Positions 39,601 to 48,025 of a DNA stretch of 64,000 bases are shown here, one piece after another. The notes under the pieces are model-generated. The model saw only the letters and a list, made by a program, of their open reading frames with translations, was not told the DNA's origin and ran no database searches. How positions within the stretch are numbered: the stretch's first letter is position 1; each line of letters begins with the position of its first letter. This stretch comes from Longimicrobiales bacterium (GTDB lineage: Bacteria > Gemmatimonadota > Gemmatimonadetes > Longimicrobiales > Gaopeijiaceae): contig OZ242008.1 in NCBI GenBank assembly GCA_965204735.1, positions 2,880,001 to 2,944,000 of the forward strand, written 5' to 3'. The position numbers were made by a program, and so were the translations under genes.

Positions 39601-40324
39601 TTCGCTCTTCGGCGAAGCGGGCGGGTCGGCCCAGCGCCCGTCGCCCGATCTGCCCACCGTGCCCGAGTGGGGCGAACGGGAGCGCTTGGCGCGGGAGAAG
39701 GAAGCGCTGGGCTTCTACATCTCCGGGCACCCGCTGGACCGCTGGCGGAACGTCGCTCTGGTCTTCGACGAGGCCGGCGCCCAGGCGCTCAAGAACAAGC
39801 TGGGCCAGACCGTGGAGTTGGCGTGCGTGGTGACCGCCGTGGCGCGCCAAGTCTCTCGTCGGGACGGCGCCGAGTGGGCCAAGATCACGGTCGAGGGCTT
39901 TGCCGGGACGGCCACGGTGCTGGCGTTCCGCGACTCTTGGCGCTCTCATCGGGAACTTCTCGAGCCCGACGCCGTCGTGCTCCTTCGGGGCAAGGTGAGC
40001 GACCGGGAGCGGGACGAAGACGACCCGCCCGTCTTCTTGGACGGCGCCGAGCCGATGGACCGCGTGCCCGACAGCGGTCGGCTGGCGGTGCGGATCGCCC
40101 TTGCCCGGGGCGCCCGACTGCCCGACGACGCCTTCGCGAAGGCCCGCGCCCTCGTGACCGAGAACCCAGGGGGCGCCCCGGTGGAGGTCGTGGTGGAAGA
40201 GGGCGACGCAGACGGTCGAGCGCGGCTGCGGTCTCGCTCGCTCAAGGTGTCGCCCAAGCGCAAGACGCTGCGGGCGCTGGAAGGGCTCTTCGGGACGGGA
40301 ACGGTGGAGGTGGTGCGAGCGTAG
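36635..40324 (+). CDS. dnaE: DNA polymerase III alpha subunit
   Basis: FVHLHTHSEYSLLDG PHP domain, GPGRGSA, FERFLNPERISMPDIDIDF, KMDFLGLKTL, YGFNKSHS, EKEALGFYISGHPL, C-terminal OB fold. Confidence 0.98.
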   Translation: MSFVHLHTHSEYSLLDGANRLSDLVRKAKEFEMPALGLTDHGCMYGAWSFQKLARREGVKPIVGMEAYVAPGDRRERSRSGEGGKAAYHLVLLARDAEGYRNLVRLSSIGYTEGFYYHPRLDRETLARHSGGLIVSSACMAGEVARHLAAGNPDAAREVAEWYANAFPDRYYLEVQAHDTDGQAELNAQVFALAKEVGLPVVATNDAHFLQHEHHGAHDILVCIGTAKNRDDVDRLAYDDGLYFKDPSEMAAAFPDRPDVLENTLKIADEVSLSLEKKYHLPRFPLPEGFDDDNHYLVHLAEEGAKARYGSAGSGDSGGGDSGAAGSDSVGGESTVGDSGGGESAADRSLAEEVRKRLRYELDVILKTGYAGYFLITWDFIRWAREHGVPVGPGRGSATGSLVSYALGITNLDPLAHGLLFERFLNPERISMPDIDIDFCYERRGEVIEYVRRKYGRDAVGQIVTFGTMKSRAVIRDVGRVLGFEVSETDRIAKMIPNQPGKSYTVAEAVEQIRDVKALYGMEEKYKQLFDYSITLEGLSRHASVHAAGVVIAPGPLDEYVPICTQSKGGRNGSRNSGRNGAGPGGATDEDGPDVVTQYDMNCLEDAGMLKMDFLGLKTLTVIHDAVQAAKERTGGFRHPDTGTAYASDAMDDVPLDDGAVYEMLAGGGTSGVFQFESNLAMDKLRAMRCDRFDDLVATNALIRPGPLDSGMTDRYIRRKLGEEKVTYPAPGLEQVLGTTYGIIVYQEQVMRIASDLAGYSLGEADVLRKAMGKKDAGLIRSELDRFKERVVEGGVDAGVAARLSEQIETFGRYGFNKSHSAAYSLLSYQTAWLKRHYPAEFMAALLSSVVDKTDDVVKYMGECGELGRHVPGLEDGLEVLPPDVNECGWKFTVVGAKTIRFGLGAVRGVGSAAVESILEARKEGGPFDSLFDLLERTDVRTLNKRACEALIASGALDSFGGRAQLLAGLDAAYGEVLARQEEAETGQTSLFGEAGGSAQRPSPDLPTVPEWGERERLAREKEALGFYISGHPLDRWRNVALVFDEAGAQALKNKLGQTVELACVVTAVARQVSRRDGAEWAKITVEGFAGTATVLAFRDSWRSHRELLEPDAVVLLRGKVSDRERDEDDPPVFLDGAEPMDRVPDSGRLAVRIALARGARLPDDAFAKARALVTENPGGAPVEVVVEEGDADGRARLRSRSLKVSPKRKTLRALEGLFGTGTVEVVRA

Positions 40325-40389
40325 CAGCAAGAACACGGACGCGGCCTCTCGGACGAGGGGCCATTCCCCTTGACGGCAGGAGCACGCAA

Positions 40390-41939
40390 GTGAAGACGAC
40401 CACAACCACGCTGACCCTCGCCCTGGCCCTTGCGACGCTGGCGGGCCATCCGACGGCAACCGGGGCGCAGCTGCCGGACCCGGACGCGGAAGCCGGAGCC
40501 GCCGCCGAGCGCTTTGCGGGCATATGGGACGGTGCGCTCGAACTCCCCGGCGCCGGCGTCGTGCTGCGGATGCGCCTCCGGGTGACGGTGGACGACGACG
40601 GCGGCTTGGCGGCCACCTTCTTCTCGGTGGATCAGGGCAACGCCGCCGTCCCCGTGGAGGAGGTCGAAGTCGACGGCGCCAGCGTGGCGATGGCGATGGC
40701 AACGGTCGGCGGCGCGTTCGAGGGCGTCCTTTCGGAGGACGGGACGACGATCGAGGGCACCTTCACGCAGATGGGCGCCGCCCTGCCGCTCGTGCTGGAG
40801 CGCGGCGCCGAGGGCGAACGCGATGCCGGGAGCGACGACGCGGCGACCACGCCCCGCCGCCCGCAGGATCCCGAGGAGCCGTTTCCCTACCACGCGGAGG
40901 ACGTGACCTACCCGAACCCCGACGGCGGCCACGCGCTGGCGGGCACCTTCACCCGGCCCGATGCCGGCGGCCCCTTCCCCGCCGTGATCCTGATCTCCGG
41001 ATCGGGTCCCCAGGACCGGGACGAAGCGCTGATGGGACACCGCCCCTTCTTGGTGCTGTCGGACCACCTGACGCGCAACGGAATCGCGGTCCTGCGCTTC
41101 GACGACCGGGGCGTGGGCGAGTCCACCGGCGACTTCGCGTCGGCCACCTCGCGGGACTTCGCCTCGGACGCGGCGCCGGGGTCGCCTACCTGAAGTCCCG
41201 CGACGACGTGGACCCGGGCAAGATCGGCTTGGCCGGCCACTCGGAGGGAGGGCTGATCGCGCCGATGGTCGCCGCCGAGTCGGACGACGTGGCGTTCATC
41301 GTCCTCATGGCCGGGCCCGGCGTCGACGGCGAGCGCATCCTGTACGCCCAGGGCGCGCTCATCGGCCGGGCGAACGGCGCGTCGGAAGAGTCCATTGCCA
41401 AGTCCCGGGAACAGCAGCGGCAGATCTTCCAGGTCCTGAAGGCGGAGGATGACCTGGCGCAGGCGTCCGAAGAGATCGAGGCGCTTGTGCGTACGGCGCT
41501 GGAGAACGCCACGGACGAGGAGCGCGCCCAGGCCGGGATCACCGACGAGCTCCCGTTGGAGCAGGCGGCGGCAGCCCAGGCGGCCCGGCTGGCCACGCCG
41601 TGGTTTCGCTATTTCTTGACCTACGACCCGGCCGAGTCCCTGGAGCGCGTCGCGGTTCCGGTGCTGGCGATCAACGGCGAGAAGGACCTTCAGGTCCCCT
41701 ACGAAGAGAACCTGCGCGAGATCGAGGCGGCCCTGCGGCGCGGCGGCAACAACCGCTTCGAGACCCACGCGCTTCCCGACCACAACCACCTCTTCCAGCG
41801 CGCCGAGACGGGAGCTCCCAGCGAGTACTCGACAATCGACGAGACGTGGTCGGTGGAGTCGATGGAGTTGATCGCGCAGTGGATACTGAAGACCGTGGGA
41901 GCGGCTCCGGGCCCGGCCCCCAACCCTACCGAGCCGTAG
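40390..41939 (+). pseudogene. Secreted alpha/beta hydrolase split by a 1-nt frameshift near 41175 (pseudogene or sequence error)
   Basis: Frame 1 gives signal..LAGTFTRP..PAVILISGSGPQDRDE..VLRFDDRGVGESTG..FASDAA then stops at 41193. Frame 2 continues GVAYLKSR..IGLAGHSEGG..PVLAINGEKDLQV..HNHLFQ. Adding one base at GCGGCG^CCGGG joins them. Confidence 0.85.
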
Positions 41940-41957
41940 CGGGCGGCGCGCCGCCTA

Positions 41958-43604
41958 CTACCTTGCCGCTACGTCCAACTCCTCGGCAAGCCGGTCCAGC
42001 TTCTCCCGCACCTCCGGATGCACTTCGTCCGGCTTCATCTCTTCTGCGATGTCCACGCAGTCCTTGTCGTTCCAGGCCACTCCCACGTCGACCATGAGCT
42101 TGGAAATGACCTCCTTGCCCTTGCTGTTGTCCAGCAGGCTGTCTGCCAAGGGATCGTCCCGCAGCAGCACGGGTGGCCACTGCTCTCGCATGTGCTTGGC
42201 CGCGCGTGTCCTCAAGTCGTCGGCTCCCTGCTTGTCCATTAGCCGCAGTATGGCCTTCGGGTGGAGCAGGTAGTTTTCGATCTCGTACCGGCGCCAGTAC
42301 ATCCTGGTTGGCGTCCGGGGCTTCTTTCTTCGGCGGTATTCGTCGTTGGTCGCGACGTTGCGATGATTCCTGTCACGCAACTCAATCGCCCGGCAAGAAG
42401 GCACCATTGTTCTGAGTGCGTTATAGTGCCTTGACGCGAAGGCCTTCCCTTCATCGGAAGTGGATCGGTAAAATGGTCTTTCGAGAAACGACAACATCGG
42501 GTGATCCAACGTCTTCGCCCAAGCCCTCAAGATCGGGACGTCCGTCTTGCCCTCGACGTACAGTATGCGTTGGACCGCCACCGCCGTATGAACGTCGCTG
42601 TTCGTCAGCAGGCGCAATGCGTGCTGGAGCCAAGAACCGTGCTCCACTCGTACCAGGCCGGTACTCGTCACCGACCGCAGACGATTCAGCTCTGCGGCGT
42701 CTACGAGAACATCGGAGTGAGTGGAGACGATGAGCTGGCTTTCCCGTGATCTCCGAAGTCGACCATAGACTTCATTCTGCAACAGCCTGTGCAGATGCAT
42801 GTCCGGCTCGTCGATCAAGACCACTACAGGTTCACCGTACAGCAAGCTCGAATGCAGCAGCAGGACTTGGAGAAACCCGCTGCCTGCGCAAGCGATCTCA
42901 AGCCAGTTGTCACTGTCCGAATGTCGATAGAACACGCTGAGCGGCTCGCCTCTGCTGGGCAGCCGGAGCTCATAGCCGAAGAGAGCATGAGTCTCGTTCG
43001 TCAATTTGTTCCACCTGGCTCTTGATTCCGACAAGCGCAACAACAAGTTTCTCAATACGCTGGCGCCACGGCCTCGCGACAACCTAGCCCGCAGCACACC
43101 CTCTTCAAAGACCGATTCGGTTTCCTCGATGCGCAACGCAGACGGAATGTATGCGACGGCAGACGGATTAAGGTTGCAGGTTCGCAGCTCTCGGCCCCGC
43201 ACGCTATCGGCCGGGCGAACGACTATCGCTCCACTGGTCTTGAAATGCAGTTCGAGCGCGATACTCCATTCCCCTGCATGCATGTCCAGGACAATCGGCT
43301 CACGCACGTTCTTGTCATGCCACAGATGGGCGAAGTCCGTAACGGCCACCGACTGGATGGTCTCAAGTGTGGTCGCGACATAGCTGTCCGCCGACGTACG
43401 CACTTCGGAGCTGCTGCTGCGTAGCCACGCGGACGCGGCGGCGTCTTGGCTCCAATGGCCCCACGCTTCGGCCCACAGCGCGATCGCCTGCAACACGGTC
43501 GTCTTGCCGCAGTTGTTCGAGCCCACGATCACGAGCTGGTCGTCAAGCTCGAACGTCGCGTCCCGAAACCGCTTGAAGTTCCGAACTTCCAGCTTGCGGA
43601 TCAT
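41958..43604 (-). CDS. ABC-type ATPase + TOPRIM protein (OLD-family-like), copy 2
   Basis: MIRKLEVRNFKRF, Walker A GSNNCGKTT, signature AGSGF, Walker B LIDEPDMHLH, H-loop STHS, TOPRIM YVEGKTD..RDRN..YEIENY; visibly lower GC. Confidence 0.88.
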   Translation of the reverse strand: MIRKLEVRNFKRFRDATFELDDQLVIVGSNNCGKTTVLQAIALWAEAWGHWSQDAAASAWLRSSSSEVRTSADSYVATTLETIQSVAVTDFAHLWHDKNVREPIVLDMHAGEWSIALELHFKTSGAIVVRPADSVRGRELRTCNLNPSAVAYIPSALRIEETESVFEEGVLRARLSRGRGASVLRNLLLRLSESRARWNKLTNETHALFGYELRLPSRGEPLSVFYRHSDSDNWLEIACAGSGFLQVLLLHSSLLYGEPVVVLIDEPDMHLHRLLQNEVYGRLRRSRESQLIVSTHSDVLVDAAELNRLRSVTSTGLVRVEHGSWLQHALRLLTNSDVHTAVAVQRILYVEGKTDVPILRAWAKTLDHPMLSFLERPFYRSTSDEGKAFASRHYNALRTMVPSCRAIELRDRNHRNVATNDEYRRRKKPRTPTRMYWRRYEIENYLLHPKAILRLMDKQGADDLRTRAAKHMREQWPPVLLRDDPLADSLLDNSKGKEVISKLMVDVGVAWNDKDCVDIAEEMKPDEVHPEVREKLDRLAEELDVAAR

Positions 43605-43629
43605 GGCCGGTCCTCGCTGTCCGCGCGGT

Positions 43630-45024
43630 TCATCGGACGATGTTGTTCTGCACGAGGACGCTGCCGTCCCCGGCGCCCACGTACTTGGCGAAGAGCGGGT
43701 GCGGGTCGCCGGAATCGACGGTCGCCTCGTAGTCGCCGTGGACCAGCCGCAGCCGCTGAGTCGCGAAGTTGCGGTTTGGATCGAGGCGGTACGAGTGCAC
43801 GCGCGCCATGAAGTCGTTGAACGCCAGGCACGCCGCCTGCATGTTGACGGAGATCACCGCCGGCTGGTCTTCCGCTACTTCTTGAAGGTAGCCGGCGATC
43901 CGCTGTCTGCCGTAATGGTCCGGGTCGTGTCGCCGCCAGTTCTCCGCAGTGACTTGCTCCATGGTGTAGGCTCCGCGGGACAGCAGGCTGCTTCCCTCGG
44001 GATGAACGTAGTGCGCGACCGCGTCCGCGTCGGCTACGCCGCCGGCGCCGTCGGCGTCCAAGTTGACCCCGACGTCGAAGTACGGTATGCAGTATGCGCT
44101 CGCCAGGCAATCGAGGTGGTACCGACCGGACGCGGTATCGACGCAGCCGAAGAGAACGTCGCAGTCGATCAGCGCCTCCACCGCTTCCCGCGAGTCCGTC
44201 GAGCAACGGTGCGCGTCCACCGACGTGCCGAGGCCCATCCGTTCGACAGCCCGCCGCAGCGCGTCCACCTTGGGCCGTCCCGCCAGCGCGTCCGCCATCG
44301 AGCCATTGACGATGCGGTTCAGGTTCTTCGGCTCCATCGCGTCGTCGTCCACCATCACAACCGCGCCGACGCAGTTGCGCACCAACAGCTCGATCATGAC
44401 GCTCCCGGTCCCGGAGCAGCCGACCACGCCGACCCGGAGCGACCGGACCAGGTCCAGCGTCCCCCGTCCGAACGCCTGGGCGACCCGCGCTTCGTGCTCC
44501 GCGACGCCCGTCTTCGCCGTGCGGCCCCGCTTCCAAATGCGGATGTCCTCGCCGACGCTGGACACGCCGCTCGCCTCGACGAAGCCGCCGTCGGGTCCCA
44601 GCGTGCGTGCTCTGATCGCCAAGTCCGGCGTCATGATCGCGGAGCCGCTGATCCTGTCGTCGTCGAACCACGACGAGATCGAGTCCAACAGCTCCCGGTC
44701 CGTCTGGTCGTCCAGCTCCGAGAAGCGCGGATTGCCTGTGGGATGCGAGTGAATCGTGACGATCGACTGGCCGTTTCGGTCGATGGACGTTATGCGGTCG
44801 GGGTCGAGGTGGTCGGCGAACGGCCAGGACACGAAGTCCTTCTTCCTTTCCGAGCGTCGATGGGAGAGCAGGAGAACGTCCGAGACGACGAGGCGCTGGC
44901 GCCGCCTTCCGGTCCCCTGGTTGCACACAAGCACGGCGGCAGCCTCGAGGCCGTCGCCGGGGAAGAGGTGGTCGGACAAGCGCCGGTGCTGGCCGGCGGT
45001 CATGGCGAGCAGCGCGCTCCTCAC
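43630..45024 (-). CDS. JAB/MPN+ metallopeptidase - ThiF/E1-like adenylyltransferase fusion
   Basis: GTGA overlap with the E2 gene; JAB E..HSHPTGNPRFSELD (HxH-x7-S-x2-D); E1 VGVVGCSGTGS, VDDDAMEPKNLNR, PKVD, GCVDT..R, PAVISVN. Confidence 0.88.
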   Translation of the reverse strand: MRSALLAMTAGQHRRLSDHLFPGDGLEAAAVLVCNQGTGRRRQRLVVSDVLLLSHRRSERKKDFVSWPFADHLDPDRITSIDRNGQSIVTIHSHPTGNPRFSELDDQTDRELLDSISSWFDDDRISGSAIMTPDLAIRARTLGPDGGFVEASGVSSVGEDIRIWKRGRTAKTGVAEHEARVAQAFGRGTLDLVRSLRVGVVGCSGTGSVMIELLVRNCVGAVVMVDDDAMEPKNLNRIVNGSMADALAGRPKVDALRRAVERMGLGTSVDAHRCSTDSREAVEALIDCDVLFGCVDTASGRYHLDCLASAYCIPYFDVGVNLDADGAGGVADADAVAHYVHPEGSSLLSRGAYTMEQVTAENWRRHDPDHYGRQRIAGYLQEVAEDQPAVISVNMQAACLAFNDFMARVHSYRLDPNRNFATQRLRLVHGDYEATVDSGDPHPLFAKYVGAGDGSVLVQNNIVR

Positions 45025-45443
45025 CGGCTCGTTTCTTTCTTGAGTTCGTTCCTGACGTACTGGACGTGCTTGGCAACGCTGTCCTCTCCGGGGTTCCAGT
45101 CGTAGTGCCGGGACCACCGTTGCCAGCTGGTCTCGAAGTGCGCTTCGTCCGCCAGAGCGCCGATCTCCCGGCCGTCGGACCGAGCCAGCGGCGGATCGAA
45201 GTAGAACATGTCCAGCCCCGCCCCGGGATAGCCGGTGGGGATCAGCACCATCAGCGTGCTCCGCTCCCGATCGTAGCCCGGCGGGATCGGGAAGTTCTCG
45301 ACGAAGAGGCCCCACTTGCAGTTGTCGGGCCCCTCCGCCCTGCGCTTCCAGGACGAGCCGTGCTCGGCGGCGAAGGCGTTCAGGTACTCCTCGTCGTCCG
45401 GCGGCAGTGCATAGGGGGGCGACGAGCGGTCCGGCTCGTCCAT
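45021..45443 (-). CDS. Prokaryotic E2/UBC-fold protein (Prok-E2_E-like)
   Basis: LPPDDEEYL, FPIPPGY, LIPTGYPGAGLDMFYFDPPL, WQRWSRH..WNPGEDS; TGATG overlap with the Ubl gene. Confidence 0.85.
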   Translation of the reverse strand: MDEPDRSSPPYALPPDDEEYLNAFAAEHGSSWKRRAEGPDNCKWGLFVENFPIPPGYDRERSTLMVLIPTGYPGAGLDMFYFDPPLARSDGREIGALADEAHFETSWQRWSRHYDWNPGEDSVAKHVQYVRNELKKETSR

Positions 45444-46201
45444 CAACCTTGTTGCGCTTGCCTGCGGACGGTCTCGAAGCGTTCGACGCCGGGTTTGGCA
45501 AGATCAACCTCTTCGTGGGCCTCGATCCTGATCCGGCGTCCTCCGCGAAGCTTCTGGTTGAGGGCCCAGTCGATGGGTCGCTTCGCCACCAGCGCCAGAA
45601 CCTCCGCCCCGGAGACCACGCGCTTCTCGACCACGAACCTGTCGCGGTCCACGCGGATGCGGTAGCGGTGCCCCCGCCCCCTGGGAGGTCGCCGCCCGCG
45701 CTTCGCGCACTCCTCGATGTCCACGAAGGTCTCGTCGGGCGCGTCTTCGGGGTGCGGCACGACGAAGTACGAGTCCGAGGTCTGGACGACAATCGTGGCG
45801 CCGCCGGGGATCTCGACGTCCACGCCTTCGTCCGGGCTCTCGCCGAGCACCGCGAAGAGCCGACCGCCAGGGACTTCGTCGTCGCGTCCGACCAAGTCCC
45901 CGGCGACGCCCTTGCCGCCCTCCACGCGAACATCTCGGGCGCCGTTGAACTCAGGCGTCACCGCGCTCGGCGGACTCGAAGCCGCGTCTTCATCCGCGTC
46001 CGCCGAAGCAAAGTGCTCCCCGCCGCAGAGAAGAACGAGATCGGAGGCAGAGACGGGCGTGCCTGGCCCTTCGTCGCGGACCAGAACGAGAGCGTCGTCG
46101 TCGCCGGCGCCGGCGAGCGCCCGCAGCCGGCTGCCGGACACGAGCCCCGTTTCGACCTCATGACCACGGCCGTCGATGAAGACGGTGACGATCCTACTCA
46201 T
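45443..46201 (-). CDS. Multi-ubiquitin-domain protein (about 3 beta-grasp domains, C-terminal Gly)
   Basis: GGAGG RBS; VTVFIDG..VSGSRLRALAG..GGEHF; VDIEECAKRG..PP; YRIRVD..VSGAEVLALV..VDLAKPGVERFET; ends QAQQG-stop. Confidence 0.85.
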   Translation of the reverse strand: MSRIVTVFIDGRGHEVETGLVSGSRLRALAGAGDDDALVLVRDEGPGTPVSASDLVLLCGGEHFASADADEDAASSPPSAVTPEFNGARDVRVEGGKGVAGDLVGRDDEVPGGRLFAVLGESPDEGVDVEIPGGATIVVQTSDSYFVVPHPEDAPDETFVDIEECAKRGRRPPRGRGHRYRIRVDRDRFVVEKRVVSGAEVLALVAKRPIDWALNQKLRGGRRIRIEAHEEVDLAKPGVERFETVRRQAQQG

Positions 46202-46375
46202 CCGACTCTTCCTCCACTCGCTTCGGGCCGGTCGGCGCCGACGCCGGTCGCCGGCGGTTCATGGCAATGTCGCACGGGGAGCCGGAATGCGTCAACGGCA
46301 GCGGGCAGCTGGGGCGACCGCAGGCAAACCCGCGCAGAGCCCGAGGCATCGGCCGTCAAGTCAATCGCACGCTCG

Positions 46376-48025
46376 TCAACCAGGTCGACTCCCAAGCGTG
46401 TTCGCCACCGCGTCCAGGACGCGACGCACCTCTGGATGAACTTCCGCTTCCTTCATCACTCCAGCGACTCGGTAGTACTCTTCTTCTTCGCAGTATACCT
46501 GCGCCTTGCCAAGTATGTCCGCCAAGATCGTCTTGCCTTTCGTGCCTGTCAGCGCGCGTATGTGCTCGAACGGCTTCTTGTACAGCGATCTGTAGTACTC
46601 CTTCATGTACTCGTCGGCCTTGGCCGCACCTGTTCCGGTCTCGTCTTGCTGGCGGACAAAGCGAAGCAGCGCCCGAGGATGAATCAGATAACTCTCGATC
46701 TCGTAGCGAGTCCAAAGCACCGACGTCAATCCCTTTACCGATCGTCGCTGGTTGGCGGACGCATGGTCCTTGCCGTTGCGATCCTCCAGCACAATGCCTC
46801 GAACATCCGGCACGCTCAGCCGCAGTCCGCGAAAATGGTTCGAAGCAAAACGAGATCGATTCGGCTCGCGGGCAGTGGCTCTCCGCAACGGTCCTTCCAG
46901 GAACCTCAACGCGGGGTGGTCCAATGCCCGAGCCCATTCTCTAAGGATCCTTATGTCCGTTTCGCCCTCCACATATAGGATTCCCAATCCACTCTGCGCG
47001 AGCAGTACTTCTCTCACTTTGACCATCCTCAGCGCGTCTCGTAGCGCATCCTTGGCAACCCGACGATCGACGTCCTCGAGCTTGCCGCCGGTCAGAACCT
47101 TCAGGTCGCGACGGGCCACTTCCATCAGCAGGTCCGAATGAGTTACCACGACAAGCTGTTGACCGTTCGATTGTGCGATCGTCTTCAAGCGATCGTACAT
47201 GCTTTCCTGCAAGGCAAGATACAAATGCGAGTCCGGCTCGTCCACCATCACTACCGTACTGTCCTTCGTGTAGTAGAGACTTGCGTAGATGAACAACACC
47301 TGCAGGAAGCCACGGGCGCCGCAAGCCAGGTCAAGCGCGGAGTTGTTGTTCGACTGCCTGTATCCGGCCATGATCTCGGCCACGCCGCTGGGGTGGGTCA
47401 GTTCGTACCCGAAGAGATCCCTGATTGCGGCCTGCACGGATTCCCATCTCTCGCCGTCGGTACTGATCTCCAACAGCATGTTCCTCAAGACGCTGCCGCC
47501 GCGGCCGTGCAACATGTCCTGCACAAGACGCACAAGCACTGTCTCCGGGGCCACCCGGGCCTCCGGCGTCGTCAATCCCGAGAACGGAGGAATATACACA
47601 GCCTTCGCAGGCTCTTCTCCGCACTTGGTCAAGTGGCTCTCCGATACGCTACTTGTCGGGCGAGCCCGCAGCCTCTCCTGTTCCACGTAGATAAGCTCGA
47701 AGCCGACCTCCCAACGTCTTGTCGCCAGCGACAGAACTATTGGCGACTGCGTGTCCTGATTCCGCCACATCAACCGAAAGTCCTTGTACGGCAGCGACTC
47801 CAGCCGACCAATCTCGACGTCCACGTAGTCGCCTTCCTGCGTCCTGGTGTGCACCCGCGACCCGTCGCTCATCCAACGATCGCGAACCTCGTTCCACACG
47901 GCGACGGCTTGCAGCAGCGTCGTCTTGCCGCAGTTGTTCGGTCCCACGACCACCACATGCCTGTCGAACTCGAAGTTCGCGACCTTGAACTTCTTGAAGT
48001 TCTGGACTTCCAGCTTGCGGATCAT
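46376..48025 (-). CDS. ABC-type ATPase + TOPRIM protein (OLD-family-like), copy 1
   Basis: ATG 48025 with AGGAGG RBS; MIRKLEVQNFKKF, GPNNCGKTT, GARGF, MVDEPDSHLY, VTHS, YVEGETD..EDRN..YEIESY, EVHPEVR; lower GC. Confidence 0.88.
   Translation of the reverse strand: MIRKLEVQNFKKFKVANFEFDRHVVVVGPNNCGKTTLLQAVAVWNEVRDRWMSDGSRVHTRTQEGDYVDVEIGRLESLPYKDFRLMWRNQDTQSPIVLSLATRRWEVGFELIYVEQERLRARPTSSVSESHLTKCGEEPAKAVYIPPFSGLTTPEARVAPETVLVRLVQDMLHGRGGSVLRNMLLEISTDGERWESVQAAIRDLFGYELTHPSGVAEIMAGYRQSNNNSALDLACGARGFLQVLFIYASLYYTKDSTVVMVDEPDSHLYLALQESMYDRLKTIAQSNGQQLVVVTHSDLLMEVARRDLKVLTGGKLEDVDRRVAKDALRDALRMVKVREVLLAQSGLGILYVEGETDIRILREWARALDHPALRFLEGPLRRATAREPNRSRFASNHFRGLRLSVPDVRGIVLEDRNGKDHASANQRRSVKGLTSVLWTRYEIESYLIHPRALLRFVRQQDETGTGAAKADEYMKEYYRSLYKKPFEHIRALTGTKGKTILADILGKAQVYCEEEEYYRVAGVMKEAEVHPEVRRVLDAVANTLGSRPG

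Noticed and set aside
34847..40702. 1951-aa minus-strand ORF
   Set aside because: Antisense shadow of dnaE and the serine hydrolase, caused by high-GC codon bias; no recognisable motifs.
41942..41955. Palindrome GGCGGCGCGCCGCC between convergent genes as a terminator or att site
   Set aside because: Short, GC-only, with no U-tract and no matching copy seen at the other side of the block; expected by chance at this GC content.
43630..45933. 767-aa version of the E1 ORF implying a long N-terminal extension
   Set aside because: The extension overlaps the E2 and Ubl genes in another frame. The GTG at 45024 overlapping the E2 stop is the better start.
43630..46201. Interpretation as thiamine/molybdopterin sulfur-carrier genes or as CBASS
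   Set aside because: An E2-fold gene and a multi-domain Ubl are present, whereas no ThiS/MoaD pathway enzymes or CD-NTase cyclase are seen. thiI is 11 kb away and unrelated.
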